From contig CAVPVV010000003.1 in the NCBI GenBank assembly GCA_963709325.1, positions 1,391,110 to 1,455,109 of the forward strand: DNA of 64,000 nucleotides, written 5' to 3'. Below, piece by piece: positions 24,848 to 37,451 of the stretch. The DNA comes from an uncultured Acidobacteriota bacterium. GTDB lineage: Bacteria; Acidobacteriota; Vicinamibacteria; Vicinamibacterales; UBA2999. Made by a program: the position numbers and the translations under genes. Each line of letters begins with the position of its first letter. Position 1 is the stretch's first letter. The notes beneath the pieces were generated by a model. That model was not told the origin of the DNA, made no database searches, and was given only the letters and a program-made list of their open reading frames with translations.

Positions 24848-26143
24848 GTGGAACAAGCGTCGCTCTTCCCGGACCTCGCCCTCCCCACCACCCGAGACGT
24901 CGCCCGCCTGGTCAAGACCGGCGGCGTTGAAGCGATCGGCGGCACCCGCCGCGCCGACGAGGCGACGTATCGTGAAATCCGCTGCCGTTCGGCCCTCAAC
25001 CGGGTCCGCGGAATGCCGTTCAAGTGGACGCTCAACCCCTATCGCGGCTGCACCCACGGCTGTCACTACTGCTTCGCGCGCCGCTACCAGTCGCAGCTCG
25101 AGCTCGACGCCGACGATCAGTTCGCGTCGCTGATCTTCGTCAAGACCAACTTCGTGACGCGGCTGCGCGACGAGCTGCATCGCCCGGCCTGGAGGCGCGA
25201 GCAGGTCGCGCTCGGCACCGCCACCGATCCGTACCAGCCGATCGAGGGCACGTATCGGCTCACCCGCGGCTCGATCGAGTGCCTCACCGAAGCCGCCACG
25301 CCGGTCGGCATTGTCACCAAGGGCCCGATGATTCTGCGCGACCGGGACGTGCTCGCCGATCTCAGTGCACGAGCCGAGTGCCGCGTCTATCTCAGCGTGC
25401 CGACGGTCGACGAGGAAGGCTGGCGCCGGCTCGAGCCCGGCACGGCCCACCCGCTCCAGCGGCTGCGTGCCGTGCGCGAGCTCGTCGATGCCGGGATCGA
25501 CGCCGGCGTGCTGATGGCGCCGATCGTTCCTGGCCTCACATCGCAGCCGGCCAAGCTGGAACGCACGGTGAAGGCGATCGCGGACTCGGGCGCCCGTCAC
25601 GTCGGCGCGATGGTGATGCACCTCGAAGGCGGCACGCGCGACCACTTCATGGGGTTCCTGGCACGTGAGTACCCGGAGCTCGTCGTCCAGTACGGCCACT
25701 TGTACGCTGGCAAGTACGCGCCTGCGCCGTACTTGCAGCGCGTCCAGGACGTGGTCGGAATGTTGAAGGCTCGTTATGGCCTACCAGCTAAGGCGGAGCC
25801 GCCGCGGGTCAGCCGATACAGCAGCCCCGCAAGGATCGCGGCCCGTTCGGGCAGCTCCGCGATCTTGACGTGTTCGTGCAGGGCGTGCGCTCCGTCGCCC
25901 GTCGCCCCGAGCCCATCCAGGGTCGGAATCCCGAGCGCGGCGGTGAAGTTGCCGTCGGAGCCGCCGCCGGTGGCCCCCTCCAGCAAGTCCAGCCCGATCT
26001 CCGCAGCGCAGGCGCGAGCGATCTCGAACAACCGCACCACGCCGGGTGACCGTTCCATTGGCGGCCGGTTGAACCCGCCGCTCACCTCGAGCCGCGCCCC
26101 GGGCGTCTGGGCGGTGAGCCCGCGCATCGCGCCATCGATGTAA
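24848..26143 (+). CDS. Rv2578c/spore-photoproduct-lyase-like radical SAM protein (family-like sequence ends near 25790)
   Basis: LNPYRGCTHGCHYCFAR, GTATDPYQPIE and LEPG motifs; the tail overlaps the M20 gene antisense. Confidence 0.88.
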   Translation: MEQASLFPDLALPTTRDVARLVKTGGVEAIGGTRRADEATYREIRCRSALNRVRGMPFKWTLNPYRGCTHGCHYCFARRYQSQLELDADDQFASLIFVKTNFVTRLRDELHRPAWRREQVALGTATDPYQPIEGTYRLTRGSIECLTEAATPVGIVTKGPMILRDRDVLADLSARAECRVYLSVPTVDEEGWRRLEPGTAHPLQRLRAVRELVDAGIDAGVLMAPIVPGLTSQPAKLERTVKAIADSGARHVGAMVMHLEGGTRDHFMGFLAREYPELVVQYGHLYAGKYAPAPYLQRVQDVVGMLKARYGLPAKAEPPRVSRYSSPARIAARSGSSAILTCSCRACAPSPVAPSPSRVGIPSAAVKLPSEPPPVAPSSKSSPISAAQARAISNNRTTPGDRSIGGRLNPPLTSSRAPGVWAVSPRIAPSM

Positions 26144-26937
26144 TCGGAGTCGGCCAGGGTGGCCGCGCGCACGTCGACGCTGGCCGTTGCCCGCTCGGGC
26201 ACGACATTGGTCCGCGAGCCGCCGTGGACAACGCCGACGTTGATGGAGATGCCGCGATCGAGATCGCGCAGCGCGTCCAGGGCAAGAATCTGCAGCGCCA
26301 GCTCGCGAATCGCGTTCACGCCCTTGCGCGGGTCCACGCCGGCGTGTGCGGACACTCCGTGAGCCGTCAGTTCGTAATCGGCGATCCCCTTGCGCGCTGT
26401 CTTGACCGCCCCATTGGCCATCGCCGGCTCGAGCACCAGCACCGCTTCGCTCTTGCGCGCCTCTTCTTCGATCAGCGCCCGCGACGAGTCGCTGCCGATC
26501 TCCTCGTCCGTGCTCCAGACCATCGTCACGCCGACGGCGGTCGGCGGCGCCAGCTCGAACAGTGCGCGGGTGGCAAGCAGGCCAAGGCCGATTCCCGCCT
26601 TCATGTCGAGCGTTCCCGGCCCGTGCAGCCGGCCCGCCTCCTCCCGCACCGGCATGCGCGCGAGCTGCCCGATCGGCCAGACCGTGTCGAAGTGACCGAT
26701 GAGCAGGACCTGCCGGTCCGGCGACCCGAACCTGGCAACCAGGTGATCGCCGGCCGTGGTCTGCGGGATTACAGTGATGCGGGCGCCGAGCTCGCGGAGC
26801 CGCGTGGCGAGCGCCGCGCCGCACCGATCCACCGCGGCCTTGTCGTCGGTCGGGGACTCGATCAGGACGAGCGATCTGATGAGGTCGAGCAGCCAGTCGT
26901 GATGGGCTTTGCAGTATTCGAACAGCCGAGGCGTCAT
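25774..26937 (-). CDS. M20 metallopeptidase (glutamate carboxypeptidase-like)
   Basis: GHFDTVW, GPGTLDMKAG, DEEIGS, GGSDGNF and GAHALHE motifs. Confidence 0.92.
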   Translation of the reverse strand: MTPRLFEYCKAHHDWLLDLIRSLVLIESPTDDKAAVDRCGAALATRLRELGARITVIPQTTAGDHLVARFGSPDRQVLLIGHFDTVWPIGQLARMPVREEAGRLHGPGTLDMKAGIGLGLLATRALFELAPPTAVGVTMVWSTDEEIGSDSSRALIEEEARKSEAVLVLEPAMANGAVKTARKGIADYELTAHGVSAHAGVDPRKGVNAIRELALQILALDALRDLDRGISINVGVVHGGSRTNVVPERATASVDVRAATLADSDYIDGAMRGLTAQTPGARLEVSGGFNRPPMERSPGVVRLFEIARACAAEIGLDLLEGATGGGSDGNFTAALGIPTLDGLGATGDGAHALHEHVKIAELPERAAILAGLLYRLTRGGSALAGRP

Positions 26938-26961
26938 GCGAGCGTGCCTATAATACCGATC

Positions 26962-27535
26962 ATGCGCGCTCTTGCCGGGGTGGCCCTGTTCGCGATCGCG
27001 TCCGCGGTGACGATGGCGCAAACGCCGCAGCCGTTCCCGCGTCCGAACCAGCCGCGGCCCGAGTCGGCCGCGCCGCCTCAGGGCCAGAAGCCAGCGGCAC
27101 CACCACCTGCGACTGCTCCACCGCCAGACGCCGTCAACGGCCCGACCGGGTGCGCCGGCCGCCACCGCCGCGGCGCCTGCAGCGCCGGATCTCGGCGGCC
27201 TGCCGATGTACCCGAACGCCGTCTACCTCGCGTCCTACGACGCAGGCCGGGGGCAGCGCTACTACCTGTACGGCGTGAACCTGGCGTATCTGGAGACGGT
27301 GAATTTCTACCGGACGGCGCTCAAGCAGAAGGGCGAGGAGATGTTCCAGTCGCCGCCGACCTACCAGTTCGACATCGGCCGCTTCCGCGAGCAGGATATG
27401 GCCTACCCGCCCAGCGTCACGATCAAGGACTACACGTTCGGTGGCTCGGCCGGCTATCCCAATCCGAAGAGCGGTCAGCCGGAGCGCTTCCCGACCATCG
27501 TCCAGGTCGTCCTCGCCCCGGCCGGCACGAAGTAA
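26962..27535 (+). CDS. Secreted hypothetical protein with a Pro-rich linker (frameshift near 27150)
   Basis: Signal peptide MRALAGVALFAIASAVTMAQ; continues in ORF 27206-27535. Confidence 0.6.
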
Positions 27536-27545
27536 CCGGACGCGA

Positions 27546-29291
<1,746 letters not shown>

Positions 29292-29311
29292 TCATCGCAC
29301 AAGCCGACCGC

Positions 29312-29343
29312 TGGTGCAGGGGTGCACAGGTGCAGGGGTGCAG
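29312..29343 (-). repeat. Octamer tandem array (STGCACCH)x4
   Basis: Minus strand ctgcaccc ctgcacct gtgcaccc ctgcacca, directly after TGA 29344-29346. Confidence 0.85.
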
Positions 29344-30673
29344 TCAGGTTCTTCGATCGACCGCGTCCGCCAGGGCGCGAACCGAAGGGCTCACTTCGAC
29401 CGAGTAGGCGCTCGTCGACGTCGAGTTCGCGGAGTGTGGGCGGCAATGAGGCCAGCTGTGCGGCGGCGCGCGATCGTGCCGCCTGCAGGGTGTCTGCCGG
29501 CGCAAGGATCTTTCCCGCGCGCATCACCGGAGCCAGCAGCTTTTGTCCGGGCATCTCGTCGGTCACGAGCCCAAGCGTGTCGCCAGCGAGCGTGCCGTCC
29601 GCGCCAACCTGCCTCCACACCTGTTTGCGGCCGGGCCACGTGGACTTCCCGATCGATCGCTTCCGCGAGGGCATGCCGTCGTACTCCTGCAGCTTGTATG
29701 CGCAGTCGAGGTAGGGACGGTCGGCCGACGTATTCATGCGCGTGCCCACACCGAATCCGTCGATCGGAGCGCCGCTCTTCACCAGGTCGCGGACCGCGAA
29801 CTCGTCGAGGTTGCCGCTCACGAAGATCGTGACGTCGGTCAGCCCTGCGGCATCGAGAATGGCCCGGACGCGCCTGGCCAGCGAGGGTAGATCGCCGCTG
29901 TCGATCCGGACACCCTTCACCCGGATTCCCTCCGGCCCGAGGCGTCGCGCCACCTCGACGACGCGATCCGCCCCGCGCTCGGTGTCGTAGCTGTCGATCA
30001 ACAGCACGGCGTTGGCCGGCTGCGAGCGCGCGAAGTGCTCGAACGCCGCGACCTCGTCGCCGTGAGCCTGGACGTAGGAGTGGGCCATCGTCCCGTTGAT
30101 CGGAATGCCGAACACCCGGGCCGCCTCGGTCGTCGCGGTGCCAGAGAAGCCCGCCAGCCAGCTCGCTCGTGCGGAGAGCAGCCCGGCCTCGGCGCCGTGG
30201 GCGCGGCGCAGGCCGAAGTCCACGAGCGGCCGGCCCTCGGCTGCCAGCACGCATCGCGCCGCCTTGCTGGCCACCATGGTCTGGTAGTGCAGCAGGTTGA
30301 TGATGCGGCTCTCGACGAACTGAGCCTCGGGCATCGGCGCCGCGACGCGCAGGATCGGCTCGTCCGGGAAGAAGATCGTGCCCTCGGGCATGGCATCGAC
30401 GTCACCCGTAAACCGCAGGCCGGCGAGTGTGTCGATGAACTCGGGCGTGAATTGGCCGGTCGTTGCCAGCCAGGCGCGCTCCTCGTCGGTGAAGCGCATC
30501 GACTCCAGGTACTCGAGCACCTGGGCAAGCCCCGCCGCGACGAGAAAGTGGCGCGAGTCGGGCAACTCCCGGACGAAGAACTCGAACACGGCCGTGCCCC
30601 GCATCCCCTGGTCGAGGTATGCCTGGAGCATGGTGAGTTCGTAGAAATCGGTGACGAGCGCGCCCGGTCGCAT
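29344..30673 (-). CDS. pncB: Nicotinate phosphoribosyltransferase (frameshift near 29410; probable C-terminus AYSVEVSPSVRALADAVDRRT)
   Basis: LVTDFYELTM, DFGLRRAHG, GTMAHS, VRIDSGD, FGVGT and YKL motifs. Confidence 0.93.
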
Positions 30674-31266
30674 CAGGATTCCGTCACGTCCGCCGTATCG
30701 GCAAGCGTCGCGCCGAGGCTCCGCATCTCCGCAAGCGCTTTTGCGCCATCGTCCGGCTGCAGATTGACCGCCCGGCACGCGTCGGTGAGGACGACGGTCT
30801 CGAGCCCGAGGGCGGTCGCGTCGCGGACGGTGTTGACCACGCAGTAGTCGGTGGCAAGGCCGGCGATGAACAACCGGCGGACACCGCGGCTGCTGATCTC
30901 GTGCGCCAGCGGTGTGCCCGCCAGCGCCGAATACGCTTCGATGTCGCGCTCCGTTGCCTTGTGAATCTGGATCGCGTCGGCCGGCAGCCGGAGACCCGGG
31001 ACGTAGTCCGCCCCCGGCGTCCCCTCCACGCAGTGGACCGGCCAGATTCCGCCCTGTTCCGTGAACGAACGATGGTCGGAGGGATGCCAGTCGCGGCTGG
31101 CGAAGACCGGAAGGCGCCGCGCAGCAAAGGTTTCGATCGCGTCGTTGATCGGCTCGATCACCTGGGCGGCCTCAGGGACCGCGAGCGAGCCCGACACGAA
31201 GTCGTTCTGCAGGTCCACGACGAGCAGGCCGTCGTGGGGCCCTGGGCTGAGGGAAGCGGGAGCCAC
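30673..31266 (-). CDS. pncA: Nicotinamidase (isochorismatase family)
   Basis: VDLQNDF, DWHPSDH, WPVHCV and GLATDYCV motifs; adjacent to pncB. Confidence 0.92.
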   Translation of the reverse strand: MAPASLSPGPHDGLLVVDLQNDFVSGSLAVPEAAQVIEPINDAIETFAARRLPVFASRDWHPSDHRSFTEQGGIWPVHCVEGTPGADYVPGLRLPADAIQIHKATERDIEAYSALAGTPLAHEISSRGVRRLFIAGLATDYCVVNTVRDATALGLETVVLTDACRAVNLQPDDGAKALAEMRSLGATLADTADVTES

Positions 31267-31365
31267 GTGAGCCGAGTATGGCAGGCCGCCCCTTTCCGAG
31301 TCGAGTCTTCAAGGGATACCGCGGTGGTACACTGCCCCACGCCGCTGTCCCGGCGCGTCGCCATC

Positions 31366-33680
31366 GTGGCGCTTCTGCCCCTTCCCATCGACCACCACCT
31401 TCCGGCCATCGCGGATGCGCTTGCCTCGCATCGGGCCGCTGTCGTCGTCGCCGCGCCCGGCGCGGGCAAGACCACGCGCGTTCCGCCTGCGATTGCCGGC
31501 CGCGGGCGCGTCATCGTCTTGCAGCCGCGCCGCGTGGCGGCCCGCTCGATTGCGCGGCGGATTGCCGACGAGCAAGGCTGGACGGTCGGGCGCGAAGTAG
31601 GCTGGCACGTCCGCTTCGAACGGCGGTTCGTCGCCGACACACGGGTGCTGCTCGTCACCGAGGGGATGCTCACGAACTACCTCGACGACGATCCGCTCTT
31701 GAGTGGTGTGGCGACCGTCGTCCTCGACGAGTTTCACGAGCGATCGATCCACACCGATCTCGGACTCGCGCTCGTGACGCAGGCCTGGCGGGCAAGAGAC
31801 GACCTGCGGGTCGTGGTGATGTCGGCGACGATGGATCCGGCGCCGGTGCGGGCTTACCTGGATAACTGCCCGCTGATCGATGTGCCGGGCGTAACTCACC
31901 CACTCGAGATCGAGTACGCGCCCGGGCAGACTGTCGCGCAGGCGCTCGCCTACGTGTTGTCGGGAAGCGACGGCAACGTGCTGTGCTTCCTGCCTGGCGC
32001 CGGCGAGATCGCGCGCGCGACCGAGGAGGCGCGGCCGCTCGGCTTGCGCCACGGTGTGGAGCTGCTGCCCCTGCATGGCTCGCTCGACGCTGACGCACAG
32101 GACCGCGCGCTCGGGCCCGGTTCGGGCCGACGCGTGACCTTCGCCACGAACATCGCCGAGACGTCGCTGACGGTGCCAGGTGTGTCCACGGTGATCGACA
32201 CCGGCCTGCAGAAGGTTGCCCGCTACGATGCCGAGCGGGCCATCGATGCGCTCGTGCTCGAGCGGGTCAGCGCCGACAGTGCGAATCAGCGCGCTGGACG
32301 CGCGGCGCGCCTCGGTCCGGGACGGGCTCGCCGGCTGTGGGACAGCCGCGATCGGTTGCGACCATCGCGCGAGCCGGAGATCCATCGAGTCGACCTGGCG
32401 GGGATCCTCCTCGGCCTCATTGCCGCTGGAAATCGGCCCGAAGACTTCCCGTGGTTCGATCCTCCGGACGCCGATCGGTTGGAAGCGGCGTATAGCCTCC
32501 TGGCGCGCCTCGGTGCGATCGATGGCGCGGCGATCACGCGGCTCGGTCAGCGGCTGCGCCGGCTGCCGCTGCATCCGCGCCTCGCCCGCGTGCTGGTGGA
32601 TTGCCACGGCGCATGGATGGCCGCGCAGGCCTGCGCGCTGCTGTCGGAGGGGCGCGGGTCGAACCGGGCCTTTGGCTCGACGTCCTGCGATCTCCTGCCG
32701 CTCATCGATCGGTGGTCGGACGTCCCGCCACACACGCGGCAGGTCGCGGATACGCTCCACCGGCTTGCGGGTGGCAGGGACCGGAAGGGCTCGCACGGCG
32801 ACGAGACGGCGCTGCGAAAAGCGCTCTTTGCCGCTTATCCCGACCGGGTCGCGCGGCGGCGCGCCGGTGATCCCACCCGAGTCGTACTGGCGTCGGGCCG
32901 CGGCGCGCTGATGGCTCGGGAGTCCGGCGTCACGAACGGTGAGTGGCTCGTGGCGTTGGATGTGACCAGCGGCCGTTCCGGCCAGCCCGAAGCGCTGGTC
33001 CGGCTCGCGTCGCGAGTGGAGCCGGAGTGGCTGACGCCGACGTCGCGGCAAATCGAGCATCGCCTCGAGGGAGACACGGTCAGGGCAGTGGAAATCGAAC
33101 GTTACGACGCGCTGACGATCCGGGAACGGCCGGTGCCGCCCGATCCGGCCGCTCGGGCGGAACTGCTTGCCGCCGCCTGGCAGGCACGCGCTCATGACGA
33201 GGCCACCATCCAGATGCTGCGCCGGGCGCGGTTTGCCGGCCTGCGAGCTCGATCTCGGCTGCCCTTTCGCGGGCGGCAGCAGCAAACGCGCAGCGCGTCG
33301 GCGACATCGATATCGCATCGGTTTTGCCCTGGGATGCCGCGCGCCGGCTCGACACGGCGGCTCCCTTGCAGCTGCCCGTTCCGAGCGGCCGCTCCGCGCG
33401 CCTGACCTATAACGACGATGGGACGGTGACGGCGGCGGTGAAGCTGCAGGAGCTGTTCGGGCTGGCCGACACGCCGCGGCTCGGTCCCAACCACGAGCCG
33501 GTAATCTTCGAGCTGCTGGCGCCGAACGGGCGTCCGGTTCAGACGACGCGCGATTTACGAAGTTTCTGGACGCGCACTTATCCGGAGGTGCGCAAGGAGC
33601 TGCGCGGCCGCTATCCGAAACACCCCTGGCCGGAAGATCCCTGGACGGCGACGCCGACGCACAAAACTACGCGGCGGTGA
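31366..33680 (+). CDS. hrpB: ATP-dependent RNA helicase HrpB (frameshift near 33240-33320)
   Basis: PGAGKTT, DEFHER, MSAT, TNIAETSLT, QRAGRAAR and C-terminal ELRGRYPKHPWPEDP motifs. Confidence 0.93.
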
Positions 33681-33681
33681 C

Positions 33682-33730
33682 AAGGCAGAAGGCACAAGGC
33701 AGAAGGCAAAAGGCAGAAGGCAGAAGGCAG
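33682..33730 (+). repeat. Heptamer tandem array (AAGGCAV)x7
   Basis: Starts 1 nt after the hrpB stop. Confidence 0.95.
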
Positions 33731-33749
33731 AACACCCTTATCATCAAGC

Positions 33750-35120
33750 ATGCGTTTTATTCGGCGGCTTTTGCTCCTCCTGATCGTCATTGCGCTGATT
33801 GCGGGCGGGGTCATGTGGTATCTCGCGGGGCGCGAGCCCGGGCCGCAGATCGCCATCAGCTCGCCGCAGGGGTTCGTCGGCCAGAAGGGGGCGCTCGCCT
33901 TCACCATCGACACGCCCGACGGCAAGGTGAACGCCTTAAGCGCGGTGATTGAGCAGAACGGGCAGCAGATCTCGCTCATGCCCGAAGGTGGGATCCCCGT
34001 CAGCGAAGCGCGCCAGGAAGTGTCGCTCCCGCTCGGCAAGTCGTCGCAGCCAGCGCTCGTCACCGGCGCCGCGACGATTCGGATCAGCGCGTCACGGCCC
34101 GTGCTCTACGGATATCGCACCGCCTCGTCGTCGGTGAGCCAGGACGTGCAGGTGCGCCTCGAGCCGCCGCGAGTCTCGGTGCTCTCGCTGCACCAGTTCA
34201 TCAACCTCGGCGGCGCCGAGTTCGTCGTCCTCCGCGCCACGCCGGCCGACGTCCAGGCCGGAGTCAAGGTCGGCGACGCCGAGTATCCGGCCTATCCCGG
34301 CACCGCGGTCGGCATCGCGGATCCCAACGTGCGCGTGGCGTTCTTCGCGCTTCGCTGGGACCAGGACGTCAACACGCCTGTCTCCGCGTTCGTGCGCGAC
34401 GTCGCCGGCAACCAGGGGACCACGCCGGTCGAGCACAAGCCGTTCCCGAAGGCGTTCGTGAAATCGAAGATTCCGATCGATCAGCGGTTCCTCGAGCGAG
34501 TGGTCCCGGCCATCGCCAGCGAGACGCCGGGTGTCCAGGTGGACACGTCATCGACGGAGGGGCTGCTCAAGGGGTTCCTGACCATCAACGGCGACCTGCG
34601 GGCCAAGAACGCCGAGACGATTCGGGGCATGGCGGCCAAGACCCAGCCGCAGATGCTCTGGACGGAGGCGTTCGCGCAGATGGGCAACACGCAGGTCGAG
34701 TCGCGGTTTGCCGACCAGCGCACCTACTTCTTCGACAACAAGGAGATCGATCACCAGGTCCACCTCGGGTTCGATCTCGCATCCGTGCAGCACGGACCGG
34801 TCCACGCTGCCAACGCCGGCGTCGTCCTCTTCGCAAATTTCCTTGGGATCTACGGCAACTGCATCATCATCGACCACGGGCTGGGCGTGCAGTCGCTCTA
34901 CGGCCACCTGTCATCCTTCGAGGTCAAGGAAGGCGACAAGGTGTCGAAGAACCAGGAGATCGGCCGGACCGGCATCACCGGGCTGGCCGGGGGCGATCAC
35001 CTGCACTTCACGATGCTGCTGCAGGGGACGCCCGTGAACCCGGTGGAGTGGTGGGATCCGCACTGGATGCAAGATCGCGTCTTCCGGAAGGTCAAGGAAG
35101 CCGGGGCCTCAGGAACATAA
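33750..35120 (+). CDS. M23 family metallopeptidase with N-terminal membrane anchor
   Basis: HLGFD (HxxxD), YGN, SLYGHLS and GDHLHF (HxH) motifs. Confidence 0.92.
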   Translation: MRFIRRLLLLLIVIALIAGGVMWYLAGREPGPQIAISSPQGFVGQKGALAFTIDTPDGKVNALSAVIEQNGQQISLMPEGGIPVSEARQEVSLPLGKSSQPALVTGAATIRISASRPVLYGYRTASSSVSQDVQVRLEPPRVSVLSLHQFINLGGAEFVVLRATPADVQAGVKVGDAEYPAYPGTAVGIADPNVRVAFFALRWDQDVNTPVSAFVRDVAGNQGTTPVEHKPFPKAFVKSKIPIDQRFLERVVPAIASETPGVQVDTSSTEGLLKGFLTINGDLRAKNAETIRGMAAKTQPQMLWTEAFAQMGNTQVESRFADQRTYFFDNKEIDHQVHLGFDLASVQHGPVHAANAGVVLFANFLGIYGNCIIIDHGLGVQSLYGHLSSFEVKEGDKVSKNQEIGRTGITGLAGGDHLHFTMLLQGTPVNPVEWWDPHWMQDRVFRKVKEAGASGT

Positions 35121-35124
35121 CGTC

Positions 35125-35173
35125 AAGGCAAAAGGCAGAAGGCAGAAGGCAGAAGGCAGAAGGCAGAAGGCAG
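35125..35173 (+). repeat. Heptamer tandem array (AAGGCAR)x7
   Basis: Starts 4 nt after the M23 stop. Confidence 0.95.
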
Positions 35174-35186
35174 AAAGGGCATCGTC

Positions 35187-35807
35187 ATGCGCAGCACGGC
35201 CGGTATCGTCTCGCTCGTCCTCCTCTCGCTGGTCGTGCCGTCGCGGGCGCAGACGCCGGACTGGCACCTGACCGCCAATGTCGCCGAGAGCTGCAGCTGC
35301 AAGATCGCGTGCCGCTGCAACTTCGGCGGCGAGCCGGACGGCGACAAGTGCGAGGGCAACCGGATCATCTCGATCGAGAAGGGCCACTACAACGACGTGG
35401 ACCTGGCCGGCGTCCAGCTGCTGGTCACGTTCCAGATGCGGACCTGGTCGAAGATCTACATCAGCGACAAGGTCTCGGATCAGCAGATGAAGGCGGTCGA
35501 GGCGCTGATGCCGCTGGCCTTTGCCGGCTTCCAGAAGGGCATGCTCTCGTTCACGAAGGCGCCGATCACGATGGAGGTGTCCGACACGCGCGTCCGCTTC
35601 TCGGGCCCGGAGTCGGCGGTGGACATGGAAGTGATGAAGGGCTTCAACGGGCAGGCGGTGAAGGTCCTGAACCTGCCGGCGGCGGTGTTCCAGAACTACA
35701 CCCAGTTCCGCTCCGTCTCGCACACGCACACGAGCGCGACGCACAACTGGAAGCACTCGGGCACGAATGGTTTCACGTCCCAGTGGGACGTCGGCAGCCA
35801 GAAGTAG
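35187..35807 (+). CDS. Secreted DUF1326-like protein
   Basis: Signal peptide; ESCSCKIACRC...CEG...IEKGHYNDVDLAG. Confidence 0.72.
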   Translation: MRSTAGIVSLVLLSLVVPSRAQTPDWHLTANVAESCSCKIACRCNFGGEPDGDKCEGNRIISIEKGHYNDVDLAGVQLLVTFQMRTWSKIYISDKVSDQQMKAVEALMPLAFAGFQKGMLSFTKAPITMEVSDTRVRFSGPESAVDMEVMKGFNGQAVKVLNLPAAVFQNYTQFRSVSHTHTSATHNWKHSGTNGFTSQWDVGSQK

Positions 35808-35819
35808 AGACATCAGGGG

Positions 35820-36548
35820 TCAAACAATTCGGTTCGGGCGATACACGGTCACCGCTGAGCCTTCCGCGAGGTAAGCCGAAGCCGGCGGCGCCGACAGCAC
35901 CTCGCGCCACTCCGGTCCGTAGAACTCCGCCATCTCGCCTTCCACCGACGCGGTCGCTGCCACGCGTAGGCGCCACGTCGGGTGGGTCACGCGGTACTCA
36001 ATCGTGCCGCCGTCACGCTGCCGCGTGTAGCCCCAGTAGTGCTCGGTGATGAACGCTTCGTCCGATCCCGTTGCCGGAAGACGGAACTCGCTGCGGGCCA
36101 GGACCTCGATGTGATGGTCGCCGGCGCGGCTCGTCCACGCATATCGGGCGCGCGTGGACGCGTCGGCATCGCCGGTTCTCACCTCGCTGCGCATCGGCAA
36201 CGCGACGTACGGTTCGTTGTAGGCGAGCCGCGCGATCGAGGCGATCAGGCGGCGGGGCACGACCTCCTTCACGAACGTCACCGCCCGCCGCTCCTCGCCG
36301 TCAACCTCGCGCCGGACGTAGAAGCGCAGGTTCACCTCGTCGAAGTCCACGTGGCCCGGCAAGCGACACCCCAGGACGCGCGTATTCAAGAAGCGGAAGC
36401 CGACCAGGCTGACGAACACGACGCCGCGATGGCGATCGAGCTCCGTCCCCCGCGGAACGAGCGGCTCGAGCAGCGCCGCCGGCGCTTCGAAGTTGACGAG
36501 TACGAGATCTCGCCATACCGCCGTCAGAAACTCCCCGGGCTCCGCCAT
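35820..36548 (-). CDS. DUF2071/YqjF family protein
   Basis: FLTAVWRDL, FDEVNLRFYV and FITEHYWGY motifs. Confidence 0.82.
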   Translation of the reverse strand: MAEPGEFLTAVWRDLVLVNFEAPAALLEPLVPRGTELDRHRGVVFVSLVGFRFLNTRVLGCRLPGHVDFDEVNLRFYVRREVDGEERRAVTFVKEVVPRRLIASIARLAYNEPYVALPMRSEVRTGDADASTRARYAWTSRAGDHHIEVLARSEFRLPATGSDEAFITEHYWGYTRQRDGGTIEYRVTHPTWRLRVAATASVEGEMAEFYGPEWREVLSAPPASAYLAEGSAVTVYRPNRIV

Positions 36549-36596
36549 CGGACGCTTGGGCCGGGATTGTATCCAACCTCGCCGCGCTCGGAACTC

Positions 36597-37313
36597 TCAC
36601 CCGCGCTCGCGCCATTCCAGCATGGCGAGCGCTTCCGGTTCGTCGAAACCGGGTCGCACGAAATCGAGCGCGCGAGGAAACCGCCGTTCGAGCTCCGCGG
36701 TAATCGACTGCAACTCCGCCAGCACCGGAGCCGCTTCGAGCACGCTGACAGCCCCATGCTCGGCGAGCTGCAGCCACGCGTCGCCCAACCGCTCCAGCCC
36801 GAGCAGCGCGGCTTTCGCGGAACCGAGCGCATCGCTCTGCATTCCGTCCTCTTCGCCGTCCTTCCGGCCAGTCAAGGCGCGATACACCTTCGGGCCGATG
36901 TAGATGCCGAAATGCTGTAACACCTCCGCGCCTTCCACGATGAGCGACTCGCCGGCCCGACTCTCGGGCGCCAGCCATTGCCAGCACCGCTTGCCAACCG
37001 CGTGGACCCGCTGATGCAGGTCGAGTTCGGCACCTTCGAGCTCCGACCGCGGGAAACGGCCTTCGTCCTCGTCTTCGCCGGCCTCGAGCGCCGGCGCGAA
37101 GAACTCGTCCGGAATCGACTCCTCGAACGCGGCGGCCACGGCGCCAAGCGATCTCACCACTGACGAGGGCTCGCTCGAATCCTCGTCTGGCAAGCCGACT
37201 GACATGCTCAGTCCGTCGGCATAGACGCGGCACCGCGAGGCCAGCGAGCAGCGCTCGCACCAGCGATCGCAGTAGTTATAGACGCCGAGAATGAACCCGT
37301 CCTGTGTTTCCAT
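36597..37313 (-). CDS. Hypothetical protein with an N-terminal YNYCDRWCERC Cys cluster
   Basis: ATG after SD AGGAGG; Cys motif; C-terminal FVRPGFDE. Confidence 0.72.
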   Translation of the reverse strand: METQDGFILGVYNYCDRWCERCSLASRCRVYADGLSMSVGLPDEDSSEPSSVVRSLGAVAAAFEESIPDEFFAPALEAGEDEDEGRFPRSELEGAELDLHQRVHAVGKRCWQWLAPESRAGESLIVEGAEVLQHFGIYIGPKVYRALTGRKDGEEDGMQSDALGSAKAALLGLERLGDAWLQLAEHGAVSVLEAAPVLAELQSITAELERRFPRALDFVRPGFDEPEALAMLEWRERG

Positions 37314-37339
37314 GAGCCCTCCTGCACGCGCATGAAGGA

Positions 37340-37353
37340 GCAAGACCGGTTCC
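37340..37353 (-). promoter_or_regulatory. Possible sigma54 (-24/-12) promoter
   Basis: Minus strand GGAACCGGTCTTGC = GG-N10-GC with TTGC, 26 nt before the ATG. Confidence 0.45.
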
Positions 37354-37451
37354 TCATGGATTTCCGCCTGATTACCTGCAGGGCCGGGCGTGAAGTACGC
37401 AGAAAGCGCGCGCCGCCGACCGTAAGCCGGTTGCAGATTCTGCGACCGTGC

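Noticed and set aside
25774-26143. 370-bp antisense overlap of the radical SAM and M20 genes
   Set aside because: The extension is a Ser/Pro/Arg-rich antisense shadow with no family features; a lost stop or indel near 25790 is more likely than a functional overlap.
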